Shown: positions 41,593 through 51,178, numbered from the stretch's first letter. The stretch is 64,000 nucleotides of DNA from Cyanobacteria bacterium P01_F01_bin.56 (GCA_039185935.1 JBCDAJ010000012.1:2023-66022); one strand, 5' to 3'. Numbers and translations are program-made. The notes: a model not told the origin generated them from the sequence alone.

Positions 41593-43959
41593 CTATCGCC
41601 GGTTGAACTTGGCTTGTAGGTCTTGCAAGGTGGGGGCTGAGGTTGATTGTTGTCCTGATTTTTGAGGTTTTAGTTTGCCCTTACCGGGCTGCGATCGCGC
41701 CTGTTTGCTTGGGGGTTTAGATCGCTCAGCCTTCTGCGGTTTACCGGATGTCTGAGCGGCATTGCCGTCGGACGATGCTTTTGTGGAGGGGCTGTGCGAA
41801 CGCATTGACAGGCTGATGCGCTTGAGCTTTTCGTCCACTTCCATCACGCGCACGGTGACGACTTGGCCCACTTTGACAATATCTTTAGGGTCTTTGACAA
41901 AGCGATCGGCGAGTTGTGAGATGTGGACGAGGCCATCTTGATGGACACCAATATCCACAAAGGCACCGAAGTTGGCAACGTTCGTAACCACGCCTTCGAG
42001 CGTCATGTCAGGCTGCAGGTCGGCCATGGTTTGAATGTCGTCACGAAATTGAGCGGTGACGAACTGCGATCGCGGATCTCGTCCAGGCTTTTCTAGCTCT
42101 TCTAAAATGTCGCGCAGGGTCGGTTCGCCGACGGTGTCTGTGACGTACCGCTTGATATCCACTGTTTGTAGGGCTGGCAGCGATTGTGAGCTGGTCGTCA
42201 ATTGTTGTGGATCGATCTGGAGGTCTTTTAGGATATGGGCAACAATGCCGTAACTTTCTGGGTGAACGGCAGTATTGTCGAGGGGGTTGTCACCGCCGCG
42301 AATGCGCAAAAATCCCGCTGCTTGTTCAAAGGCTTTAGGGCCAAGTTTGGGGACTTTTTTCAGCGCTTTGCGATCGCGAAAGGCACCATTCTCATTGCGA
42401 TAGGCCACGATGTTGTTGGCAAGCTTGGCGTTAATGCCCGATACATAGGTCAATAATTCCTGAGAAGCCGTGTTCAGATCCACGCCCACGTAGTTCACGC
42501 AGCTTTCTACGGTGTCGGCCAGCTTTTGCTTCAGCCGCTTTTGGTCTACGTCATGCTGATACTGGCCGACGCCGATGGATTTGGGGTCGATTTTTACCAA
42601 TTCGGCCAGGGGATCTTGCAACCGACGACCAATGCTAATGGCCCCGCGCACCGTCACATCAAGCTGGGGAAATTCGGCGATCGCGACTTCACTGGCCGAA
42701 TACACTGACGCGCCAGCCTCGTTCACCATGACCTTAACCGGCTTCTGAGACAGCGTTTGCAACACCTCGCTCACAAACGCCTCTGTCTCTCGACCAGCGG
42801 TGCCATTCCCAATGGCAATGAGTGCCGCCTCATATTTTTGCACGAGCTGTTTAAGCGTCGTCGCGGCTTTTTCTCGCTGGGCTTGGGCTTGGTGGGGAAA
42901 GATCGCTTCGTAATGTAGGAATTGGCCAGTTTGGTCAATTACGGCGACTTTGCAGCCCGTGCGGAAACCAGGGTCGATCGCGATCGTGGGCTTCATACCC
43001 GCCGGGGGAGCCAGCAGCAAGTCTCGCAGGTTGGCCTCAAAAGTTTGGATGGATTCCGCATCGGCCCCAGCTTTTTTCTCCGCGATGACGGCGTTTACTA
43101 GGGAGGTTTTCATCAACCGGGCAAACGCATCTTGAATCAGGGCTTGGTAAAAGGCCCGTAGCTCCGACTGCCGGGTGCGGATCACCTGGGATTCCAGATG
43201 GTGCAGCACGGTGTCGGTGTCAAAGGCGAGTTCTAAACTGAGGATGTCTTCGCGCTGGCCCCGCAGTAGCGCCAGCAGATTGTGGGGGGCAATTTTGCTA
43301 ACGGGATTGTCGTAGTGGCGGTACAGCTCAAATTTGGTGCTGCCTTCGGGAATTTTGGGGGCGATGCGAGATTGAAAAACCCCCGATTTCAACAAATACT
43401 CCCGGACCCAAGCTCGTAAATCGGCGCGTTCGGCAACGGTTTCGGCCAAGATGTCGGCAGCGCCTTTCAGAGCGTCTTCGGTTGAGGTCACTGCGGCCTC
43501 TGGATGTACAAATTGGGCCGCTGCTTGGGGCAAATTTAGCGTCGCCGCCTGCGGTTGATTATGTTCGGCAATCAGCTCGGCCAGGGGCTCTAGACCTTTT
43601 TCTTTGGCGATGGTGGCGCGGGTGCGGCGCTTTGGCTTGTAGGGCAAATATAAGTCTTCGAGTTCGGTCTTTTGGGTGCAAGCCTGGATCTTGGCTGCGA
43701 GTTCCTTGGTGAGTTTGCCCTGATCAGCGATGGATTTGAGGATGGTCTGTTGACGATCGCTTAGCTCGGTCAAATACTCGTAGCGTTCTTGCAGCGATCG
43801 CAATTGCACTTCATCCATGCCGCCCGTGCGTTCTTTACGGTATCGGGCGATGAATGGCACTGTGGCCCCTTCCTGCAAGAGTTCTAAAGCTGCGGTAAGG
43901 TGACGGAGCGGCAGTGAGAGTTCTTGGGCCAGGATCTGGGTCAAATCGGACATAGACAA
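41593..43959 (-). CDS. tex: Tex/YhgF S1-domain transcription accessory protein
   Basis: TVPFIARYRKE, IDPGFRTGCK, IDPKSIGVGQYQHDV, C-terminal S1 domain. Confidence 0.95.
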   Translation of the reverse strand: MSMSDLTQILAQELSLPLRHLTAALELLQEGATVPFIARYRKERTGGMDEVQLRSLQERYEYLTELSDRQQTILKSIADQGKLTKELAAKIQACTQKTELEDLYLPYKPKRRTRATIAKEKGLEPLAELIAEHNQPQAATLNLPQAAAQFVHPEAAVTSTEDALKGAADILAETVAERADLRAWVREYLLKSGVFQSRIAPKIPEGSTKFELYRHYDNPVSKIAPHNLLALLRGQREDILSLELAFDTDTVLHHLESQVIRTRQSELRAFYQALIQDAFARLMKTSLVNAVIAEKKAGADAESIQTFEANLRDLLLAPPAGMKPTIAIDPGFRTGCKVAVIDQTGQFLHYEAIFPHQAQAQREKAATTLKQLVQKYEAALIAIGNGTAGRETEAFVSEVLQTLSQKPVKVMVNEAGASVYSASEVAIAEFPQLDVTVRGAISIGRRLQDPLAELVKIDPKSIGVGQYQHDVDQKRLKQKLADTVESCVNYVGVDLNTASQELLTYVSGINAKLANNIVAYRNENGAFRDRKALKKVPKLGPKAFEQAAGFLRIRGGDNPLDNTAVHPESYGIVAHILKDLQIDPQQLTTSSQSLPALQTVDIKRYVTDTVGEPTLRDILEELEKPGRDPRSQFVTAQFRDDIQTMADLQPDMTLEGVVTNVANFGAFVDIGVHQDGLVHISQLADRFVKDPKDIVKVGQVVTVRVMEVDEKLKRISLSMRSHSPSTKASSDGNAAQTSGKPQKAERSKPPSKQARSQPGKGKLKPQKSGQQSTSAPTLQDLQAKFNRR

Positions 43960-44089
43960 ACTATCGGTAGCGTTTAGGGCTGTAGTCTAGCATTTGTCTC
44001 TATGACTATTGAGGGCGATCGCCAGATGGCTACCGCTAAGTTTGACGATGGGGTAGGACGCAGATCTCGGTGGGGGCTTGTCAGTCTAA

Positions 44090-44155
44090 CTGGGGGAAAT
44101 TTCGTTTTCCCCCAGACCCCCAGCGACCAGGACGACCTGCCGTCCTGGACCTCGC
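44090..44155. repeat. Double-hairpin REP-like intergenic element
   Basis: CTGGGGGA..TCCCCCAG and CCAGGACG..CGTCCTGG stems; single copy in this window. Confidence 0.4.
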
Positions 44156-44647
44156 AGAAGGCAGGCTTGGCAGGGCCTTTGGGGGCGATCGCTCTGGTTC
44201 AATCTGGGGTAGGGGTTCAAAGGCGATCGCCAGTCATTTGAAGGATACGGAAATGTTGCGATCGAGCCCAAGAGTCCTTTGTGATGCTGAGAACTATTGA
44301 GGAGTTGACGCACAATCTCATTTTGAAAATACAGTTACCTTTTCAAACTCGAACCGATAGTTGCGTTGCGCCTGCTAACGTCGCGAGGCCCAAGCGCTGA
44401 AGGGACTTTCTCAGTTGGTGGTGGCGTCGTGATAGAGCGATGCCTTTCATAGCAGTGGGAAAAGATGGCTCATAGTCTCAGCCGCAGAATATTCAATCCC
44501 TGTTGACTGTGTCAGTCTAATCTTGCTGAGGCGAGCACTTTCAGAGAGGGTCATTTGCCAGGGAACATCGAAATGGTCGCAAATGACGCTCGCCTCTACA
44601 GGGGGTGGAACCAACCAGAAAACCGCAAAACTGCAATCTGTCGGACT

Positions 44648-44815
44648 TTAGCTATGACAAGTGCAGCCTGTATGACCACAGCCAGACCCTTCGGTATGAC
44701 CGTTGGCACAGGCATCACTGCAGTAGTACTGACTGGCTTTTTCAATAGCTTTGCCGGTATCGACAATACACAAGCAAGACTCACAAGCACATTTCATTTG
44801 AGTAACCGTCGTCAT
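44648..44815 (-). CDS. smtA: Metallothionein SmtA (55 aa; not in ORF track)
   Basis: Manual translation MTTVTQMKCACESCLCIVDTGKAIEKASQYYCSDACANGHTEGSGCGHTGCTCHS*; GGAG RBS. Confidence 0.97.
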   Translation of the reverse strand: MTTVTQMKCACESCLCIVDTGKAIEKASQYYCSDACANGHTEGSGCGHTGCTCHS

Positions 44816-44844
44816 GGCAATCTCCTAAACCAATAGAATAAACA

Positions 44845-44901
44845 AACATCTGAACAAGTGTTCATGAGTTAATATAACACTTGAATGTTTGTTCAGGTAT
44901 T
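44845..44901. promoter_or_regulatory. Two SmtB/ZiaR 12-2-12 operator sites
   Basis: AACATCTGAACA-AG-TGTTCATGAGTT (44845-44870) and AACACTTGAATG-TT-TGTTCAGGTATT (44876-44901). Confidence 0.85.
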
Positions 44902-45091
44902 TGTTTAAAGCATCTTTAGCTAGGACTCATACCAAGGCCCCTCTTGATCCTCCAGCTCTTGAGAGAGGTTGCATCTGATTGCCGCAAGATTAAGGATATG
45001 GGGTCAAAATTTGCTCGACTGTGTAAATCACTTAGCATTGGTTAAGCTTTAGCGAGAAACGCTGCTGTTACTGTTGGATATCGACTGGTTG

Positions 45092-45445
45092 ATGTCGGAC
45101 TCTCAAAATAAGACGTTGCCTGAGATCGGAGCAGATCCTCCGGTTGGGGAAATTCTGAGTGTCGAAAAGGCCCAGCGGATGGCTGAGTTCTTTGGTGTGT
45201 TGGGTGATCCCAATCGCTGGCGAATTTTGTCTGCACTGGCATCTCAGGAATTGCGCGTAGGGGAGTTGGCTGAGGCCGTTGACATGAGTGAGTCGGCTGT
45301 TTCTCACCAATTGCGCGTGCTGCGCAATATGCGGCTGGTTAGTTACCGCAAGCGGGGCCGCAGCGTTTATTACTGCTTAAAAGACGACCACATCTTTAAT
45401 CTTTACCGGGAAGCCTCAGAACACCTGGATGAGCCTGAAGACTAA
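45092..45445 (+). CDS. smtB: ArsR/SmtB metal-sensing repressor
   Basis: [43 protein letters not shown] alpha5 zinc site; divergent from smtA. Confidence 0.92.
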   Translation: MSDSQNKTLPEIGADPPVGEILSVEKAQRMAEFFGVLGDPNRWRILSALASQELRVGELAEAVDMSESAVSHQLRVLRNMRLVSYRKRGRSVYYCLKDDHIFNLYREASEHLDEPED

Positions 45446-45593
45446 CGCAGCGAGAATTTTGTGGATCAGTTCCTGGTCTCAGCACTTTGGAATAGATCTT
45501 GCCGGGGTGAGGCGATCGCCAACCTTTGAGCAGCCCCACTCCACATCAGGTTTGAGGCCCACAGCCTGTGTGATGCAACAGTCCTCTTATGCC

Positions 45594-46400
45594 TCATCGA
45601 GGCGACATCTCATTCAACCGTCCGGCCAGGTTGCTGAGATTATCTTCCAGATGGCTACAGGTGACGACGATCCGCTCCCAGCCAGTAGGAATGATGGCCT
45701 GAACATGAGCTAGATTGTTGCGCAAGGTTTCCATTTCTTTAATCGCCCGACGCGCTTCTTTCCGCGTTTTCCAGCCGATCGCCTGGCGAACTTCCTCGTC
45801 GTAAGACAGGATGTGGCCTTTATCGCCGTACTGGAGGCAGTCCACTAGGTCAGGCTTTTGCCCCCGGCGGCGACGGTCTTGCTGCAGGTTTTGGGCTTTG
45901 GCCAGTCGTTGCTCAGACAACAGACTTTGCCAACTATCGTCGGGATACCGGCGGCGAATCAGGTTGGTTAATAACATTTCGCTCAGCGTAATGAGGCCAA
46001 ATAAAAACATCCGCATCGGCGGTTTTTCCAGGTCTTCTAGGGCCACGATCGCGACTACTTCATTCAGGGTGGTGACGAAACATTGCTGATTAATCGATAG
46101 CGATTTCACCACGTCAATCAGACTGGCCGTATCGGCCACCAAATCGTCTGCTGGGGTGAAAGGATGCAAATATTCCTCACAGGTGCCCGCAGCCAATTCC
46201 TCTCGTCGTACATACCCTCGCACCAGCCCATCGACGCGAATGCCCACCCGGTCAAAATCTTGGTCAGCCATAAAAGCCTTGACTTTGCCCGCCTGGGCAT
46301 CGACGTCAAAAGACACTAAGGGCACGGCAATATCCATTGCTGTGAATCCCTCAAAAAACATGCGGCGCAGGCGAGAGGTTTGTAGCGGTTGTGAGTACAT
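45594..46400 (-). CDS. CBS-pair + Swt1-like HEPN domain protein (putative nucleotide-regulated RNase)
   Basis: N-terminal tandem CBS-like repeats (TAMDIAVPLVSFD..; LVADTASLIDVV..VAIVALEDL); C-terminal helical domain with RNNLAH = HEPN Rx4H. Confidence 0.7.
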   Translation of the reverse strand: MYSQPLQTSRLRRMFFEGFTAMDIAVPLVSFDVDAQAGKVKAFMADQDFDRVGIRVDGLVRGYVRREELAAGTCEEYLHPFTPADDLVADTASLIDVVKSLSINQQCFVTTLNEVVAIVALEDLEKPPMRMFLFGLITLSEMLLTNLIRRRYPDDSWQSLLSEQRLAKAQNLQQDRRRRGQKPDLVDCLQYGDKGHILSYDEEVRQAIGWKTRKEARRAIKEMETLRNNLAHVQAIIPTGWERIVVTCSHLEDNLSNLAGRLNEMSPR

Positions 46401-46622
46401 AGCAAATTGTCTTCGGACACTGAGACCATCAACGCCAGGGCATTGGTGCAGACTTTCCAGGATACTGTCTGCGTCTACCCACTATCCACTACTGCCCGCG
46501 ATCGCCCCCAGCGATTTCTGGGCCAAAACCAAAACGGAGCCCAAACCCGACAAAATCATGTCGCCGGTTTGCGCATTGAGTTGAGCTGGCTATGATTTGA
46601 GAAAGTTGCTCATGAATAAATC

Positions 46623-49600
46623 ATGGTGGAATGGCTAGCGATTTGGGGCGGGGCGGCGCTGTTGGTCTTTCGGCCCATTCTCGAAGACATTGCTAAGGAG
46701 GTTGCTAGAGATGCAGCGTCAAGCTATGTTGGCCAGTGCTTTAAGAGCGTCTTTTCCGTTATTTACAAGGACCCGCTGACGAAAGCGACGGGGCAGGCGC
46801 TGAAAGAACTGCTGCAACTCATTGAGGACGAGTTGATTCGGGCTGAGATTGAAGAAGAGCGGCTCCAGGGTTGGGTCCCTGATGTGAAGCAGTTCGTATA
46901 TCAGGCGTCGGTGCGAGATGCCATCGCTGCGCTGTTTTTGCAGTCCGACTATTATCTCGACCCCCAAGTTTTCATGACGGCCTGGCAGCAGCTTGATCAT
47001 CCCCTTGATATGCCAGACGGGTTTTCCTGGCCTTACGTGGCGAAGCGCTTTGCGGCCAAAGTGGTGGCGATCCGCCAATCTTCGACAGAGCTGCAGGATA
47101 CCTTTGCCTCTCTGGCTCAAGCCCAAGATTCTCAAGCCCTGCAAGAGCTGGCCGGACTGCCCCCCGAGTTTGATCTGGAAACCTATCGCGAGGCGCTGGT
47201 CGAGCGCTACGGCACGGTGGACTTGGCGAGCCTCGACACGACGGGGGCCTATTACGAGGTGCGGCTGTGGAGCGTGTTTGTGGCGCAGTCGGTGCGGGAG
47301 TGCCATGAATATGACCCGCAACTGCTAGAAGTGCCGAAGGATCAGCTGCTGCGGCTAGTGGAAGCCGGGGAACTGGATGCCGCCCAACTGGCCGAGTCAG
47401 AAAAGCTGCACGACGAACGGCGACAGGCCTACATCAACCAAACCCCTAAGCCCGTGCTGGCAGTCACCGATGATGCGACCATTCCACGGCAGGTCATCCT
47501 GGGAGATCCGGGGTCGGGCAAGTCATCGCTGTTGCGCTATCTGGCGCTGCAGTGGGCGCGTATTAATGACGCCAACCAGCGCTATACCCAGCCGCTGCCG
47601 CTGCTGATTGAGCTGCGGGAGTATACTCGCTGGCACTGCCCCAGCCACAAAGGCTTTTTGAAATATTTGCACGAAGCCTCGACTTGGCATCGGCTCAATC
47701 AACAAACGCTAAAGCACCTGCTGGAGCAACCCAACCGCGTGGTGGTGCTGCTGGATGGCCTAGACGAAGTGTTTGACCCGGCTGAGCGAGAACAGGTGGT
47801 CAACGATATTCATCGCTTTAGCAATGAGTATAAGCAGGTGCGCCTGGTGGTGACATCGCGGGTGGTGGGCTATCAGCCCCATCGGCTGCGCAATGCCGAG
47901 TTTCGCCACTTTATGCTGCAAGATCTGGACGATGACCAGATTGGCACCTTTTTGGATCGCTGGCATGAGGTAACGTTTGATCAGGCGCAGCAGACGGAAG
48001 CCGAAAGCAAGCGAGAGCGGCTGGATAAAGCGATTAAAACCTCGAAATCGATTCGGCAGTTGGCGGGGAATCCGCTGCTGTTGACGATGATGGCGGTGTT
48101 GAATCGACATCAGGAATTGCCGCGAGATCGCGTTGACCTCTACCAGCAGTGCTCGCGCCTGCTGCTGCACCAGTGGGATACGGAACGAGCACTAGGAGAT
48201 TTTCCAGGGCTGAGTGCGGAGATTGGCCTGCGGGAAAAAACGGAGATCCTGCGGGTCGTGGCGTATGCCATGCAGACGCGGGTATCGGACGAATCTCGCG
48301 CCAATTACATCGATGGCGACACACTGACCGGACTGATCGAAGGTTATCTCCGCATGGAATTGCGATTTGACCAAGCGCGAGCAGTGGCACGGGCATTAGT
48401 GGAGCAATTGCGAGCCCGCAATTTTATTCTGTGTGATCTGGGTGCAAACAGTTACGCCTTTGTACACCGAACGTTTCTAGAATATTTCTGCGCGGCTGAA
48501 ATTGTTCAACAGTTCAACGTTACGAAGACGCTGAATAAAGACGGATTAATCAACTTGTTTGACGAACATTGCCGCCATGATGATTGGCGTGAGGTACTAC
48601 GTCTGATTTGCGGTCAAATCGATGAACATTTTGTAGGTCAGGTCGTTGAGCACTTAGCTACGCAAACTGACTTGTCAAACTGGGATGGCAACAAGCGGCT
48701 ACCAGAGTTAGTGCTGGCGATTGAGTGTTTGAGCGAGGTTAGAAGTATCACTAGATTAGAAACAGCTTGCGAAGTACTTTTAGAGTGTTCAAACAAACTC
48801 TGCAAAAAAGTAGATAGTTGGGAGATATCACGCGAGATTCGCACTGCATTCAGAGAAATTGGAGATCGTTGGCCGACTGAAGCCGTGAAATCTTCAGTAG
48901 TTGTTGAACCAGTCGGTTTGAGCTATGTCGGTTTTTCGGTCTGGGTTTACATATTGGCCTATGTGACTGGTAGAGCCAGTTTGTTGCGACAGATTGGAAA
49001 TACCCATGAAAGTGATTTTGCGCGATTTGGTGCAGTCGAAGTAATTGCAGACATAGATGATTCAGAGGACAGTCGGAATTGGATTGTTGATCGCGCTCAC
49101 GCAGACCATGACTATTTCGTTCGTAGGAAATCTTTGCAGGCCTTAGCAGACAAATGGCCCGATGAGACTACGCGAGCATTGCTCACCCAGCGTGCCGTCG
49201 ACGATGAACACGGATCTCCCCGCAGTACGGCGTTGCAGGCCTTAGCGGACAAATGGCCCGATGAGACCACCCACACCTTTCTCACCCAGCGCGCCGTCGA
49301 CGATGAACACGCAGATAACCGCAGCACGGCGTTGCAGGCCTTAGCGGACAAATGGCCCGATGAGACTACGCGAGCATTGCTCACCCAGCGTGCCGTCGAC
49401 GATGAACACGGATCTCCCCGCAGTACGGCGTTGCAGGCCTTAGCGGAGAAGTGGCCGGAGGAGACGACGCGCAGCTTCCTCGCCCAGCGTGCCGTCGACG
49501 ATGAAGACGCAGATCCCCGCCGTGTGGCGTTGCAGGTCTTAGCGGACAAATGGCCGGAGGAGACGACGCGCAGCTTCCTGACCCAGCGCGCCGTCGACGA

Positions 49601-50381
49601 TGAAGACGCAAATAACCGCCGCGCGGCGTTGGAGGCGTTAGCCGAGACGTGGCCGGAGGAGACGACGCGCAGCTTCCTGACCCAGCGCGCCGTCGACGAT
49701 GAAGACGCAGATCCCCGCCGTGTGGCGTTGCAGGTCTTAGCGGACAAATGGCCGGAGGAGACGACGCGCAGCTTCCTGACCCAGCGCGCCGTCGACGATG
49801 AAGACGCAGATCCCCGCCGCGCGGCGTTGGAGGCGTTAGCCGAGACGTGGCCGGAGGAGACGACGCGCAGCTTCCTGACCCAGCGCGCCGTCGACGATGA
49901 AGACGCAGATCCCCGCCGCGCGGCGTTGGAAGCGTTAGCCGAGACGTGGCCGGAGGAGACGACGCGCAGCTTCCTGACCCAGCGCGCTGTCGACGATGAA
50001 GACGCAGATCCCCGCCGTGTGGCGTTGCAGGCCTTAGCGGAGAAATGGCCGGATGAGACCACCCGCACCTTCCTCACTCAGCGCGCCGTTAAGGATAGAG
50101 ACGAAAATACCCGTGGCGCAGCCTGGACTGCTCTAGGCAAATTGCATTCTGAGTTTGGTCGCCTTTTACCCACACAAGATCTAGATGGCGTCGGGCCGTA
50201 TTTCGATCCCCTAGAGCCGGTCTCTCAAGATCACATCGAGGCAGCGGCTGAAAGGGCAGGCATTTCTCCAGAAGAGATTGATGCTCAGGTTGCCTCACTT
50301 TCTGCCCATTGCGGTTGGGATATTACGGTGGGAGCTAAAGCTTCAGTTGACCGGTCTGCTACCGCTGCGCAGGAGAATTAA
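46623..50381 (+). CDS. NACHT/STAND NTPase with N-terminal helical domain and C-terminal HEAT-like repeats (bacterial NLR-like)
   Basis: Walker A GDPGSGKS, Walker B LLDGLDE, VVTSR, NPLLLTM, FVHRTFLEYFCA; ten 33-aa repeats. Confidence 0.92.
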   Translation: MVEWLAIWGGAALLVFRPILEDIAKEVARDAASSYVGQCFKSVFSVIYKDPLTKATGQALKELLQLIEDELIRAEIEEERLQGWVPDVKQFVYQASVRDAIAALFLQSDYYLDPQVFMTAWQQLDHPLDMPDGFSWPYVAKRFAAKVVAIRQSSTELQDTFASLAQAQDSQALQELAGLPPEFDLETYREALVERYGTVDLASLDTTGAYYEVRLWSVFVAQSVRECHEYDPQLLEVPKDQLLRLVEAGELDAAQLAESEKLHDERRQAYINQTPKPVLAVTDDATIPRQVILGDPGSGKSSLLRYLALQWARINDANQRYTQPLPLLIELREYTRWHCPSHKGFLKYLHEASTWHRLNQQTLKHLLEQPNRVVVLLDGLDEVFDPAEREQVVNDIHRFSNEYKQVRLVVTSRVVGYQPHRLRNAEFRHFMLQDLDDDQIGTFLDRWHEVTFDQAQQTEAESKRERLDKAIKTSKSIRQLAGNPLLLTMMAVLNRHQELPRDRVDLYQQCSRLLLHQWDTERALGDFPGLSAEIGLREKTEILRVVAYAMQTRVSDESRANYIDGDTLTGLIEGYLRMELRFDQARAVARALVEQLRARNFILCDLGANSYAFVHRTFLEYFCAAEIVQQFNVTKTLNKDGLINLFDEHCRHDDWREVLRLICGQIDEHFVGQVVEHLATQTDLSNWDGNKRLPELVLAIECLSEVRSITRLETACEVLLECSNKLCKKVDSWEISREIRTAFREIGDRWPTEAVKSSVVVEPVGLSYVGFSVWVYILAYVTGRASLLRQIGNTHESDFARFGAVEVIADIDDSEDSRNWIVDRAHADHDYFVRRKSLQALADKWPDETTRALLTQRAVDDEHGSPRSTALQALADKWPDETTHTFLTQRAVDDEHADNRSTALQALADKWPDETTRALLTQRAVDDEHGSPRSTALQALAEKWPEETTRSFLAQRAVDDEDADPRRVALQVLADKWPEETTRSFLTQRAVDDEDANNRRAALEALAETWPEETTRSFLTQRAVDDEDADPRRVALQVLADKWPEETTRSFLTQRAVDDEDADPRRAALEALAETWPEETTRSFLTQRAVDDEDADPRRAALEALAETWPEETTRSFLTQRAVDDEDADPRRVALQALAEKWPDETTRTFLTQRAVKDRDENTRGAAWTALGKLHSEFGRLLPTQDLDGVGPYFDPLEPVSQDHIEAAAERAGISPEEIDAQVASLSAHCGWDITVGAKASVDRSATAAQEN
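49143..50132 (+). repeat. Ten tandem 99-bp coding repeats (33-aa HEAT/PBS-lyase-like)
   Basis: Unit LA(D/E)(K/T)WP(D/E)ETTR(S/A)(F/L)LTQRAVDDE(D/H)xxxRxxAL(Q/E)A. Confidence 0.97.
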
Positions 50382-50528
50382 TCAGTGATCAGGGCACAAA
50401 AAATCAGAGACGCAGCTAGCTGCGATCGCTTTCCCGATAGTCTGGCGATCTCAGGCTTTACGATGCAATCGTTTGACTCGGTAAAATTAAATTACCCAAT
50501 TCCAAAAAGCATAGGCATGGAAAGTCGT

Positions 50529-51178
50529 ATGGCTGAAGTTAAACCGTTGCCAATCTTTCACCCCGATACTTGGGTGACTGCTACTTGGCCACAATTTCTG
50601 GCTACTGCCGATAGCGAGACCTATCAAACTGGTCAAGCGTATTACGACCACGGCTATATGAGGATTGAAATGGCACCTCTGGGCTCAGCGCCCGGCCAAG
50701 ATAATTCTCTGATATCAACCGTCGTGACCCTGTATGGACTGGCGAAGAATTTACCCGTCAAGGAGCTGATCAATACCAGCTTTCGTAAGCCGGAGGTGCA
50801 TGAATGTCAGCCTGACTTGGCGTATTATGTCGGCTCTGACCTGCCCTCACTGCCCCGTGATAATGCGCCAATAGATATCGACCAGTTTGGCGCTCCGAAG
50901 CTGGTCATTGAAGTGGGACCACCTCCTTCAGCGATGACTTGGGCAGCAAGCGGCTGCTCTACGAACAATTAAGCGTTGAGGAATATTGGGTGGTGCATAC
51001 TCAGGCCAAAGAGGTCATTGCCTTTGCCATTGCCGACGGTCGCAGTGGCCGCATTGCAACTTCACAGGTGCTGCCTCAGCTCGATTTGGCACTGGTGAAT
51101 GAGGCTTTGCAGCACAGTGTTGCTGAAGATACCAGCGCGATTGGGCGGTGGCTCTTGCAGACTTATCAAAACGGATAA
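50529..51178 (+). pseudogene. Uma2-family endonuclease, frameshifted
   Basis: YDHGYMRIEMAP, CQPDLAYY, PKLVIEVG, then continuation in another frame (S)FSDDLGSKRLLYEQLSVEEYWVV; 1-bp deletion near 50918. Confidence 0.85.

Noticed and set aside
44002-44313. Short ORFs at 44002, 44070 and 44086
   Set aside because: They arise from a GC-rich REP-like element upstream of tex and show no protein features
46407-46595. 62-aa ORF with LSTTARDR, resembling a Uma2 fragment
   Set aside because: Similarity limited to a few residues that overlap a HIP1 site; more likely the divergent promoter region
49112-50077. 321-aa antisense ORF with regular repeats
   Set aside because: Shadow of the GC-rich 99-bp repeats of the NACHT gene; Ser/Arg/Ala-rich and not protein-like
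49143-50132. Possible CRISPR array or TALE-like repeats
   Set aside because: The units are contiguous in-frame coding repeats with no unique spacers and no cas genes; there is no LTPxQVVAIAS TALE consensus
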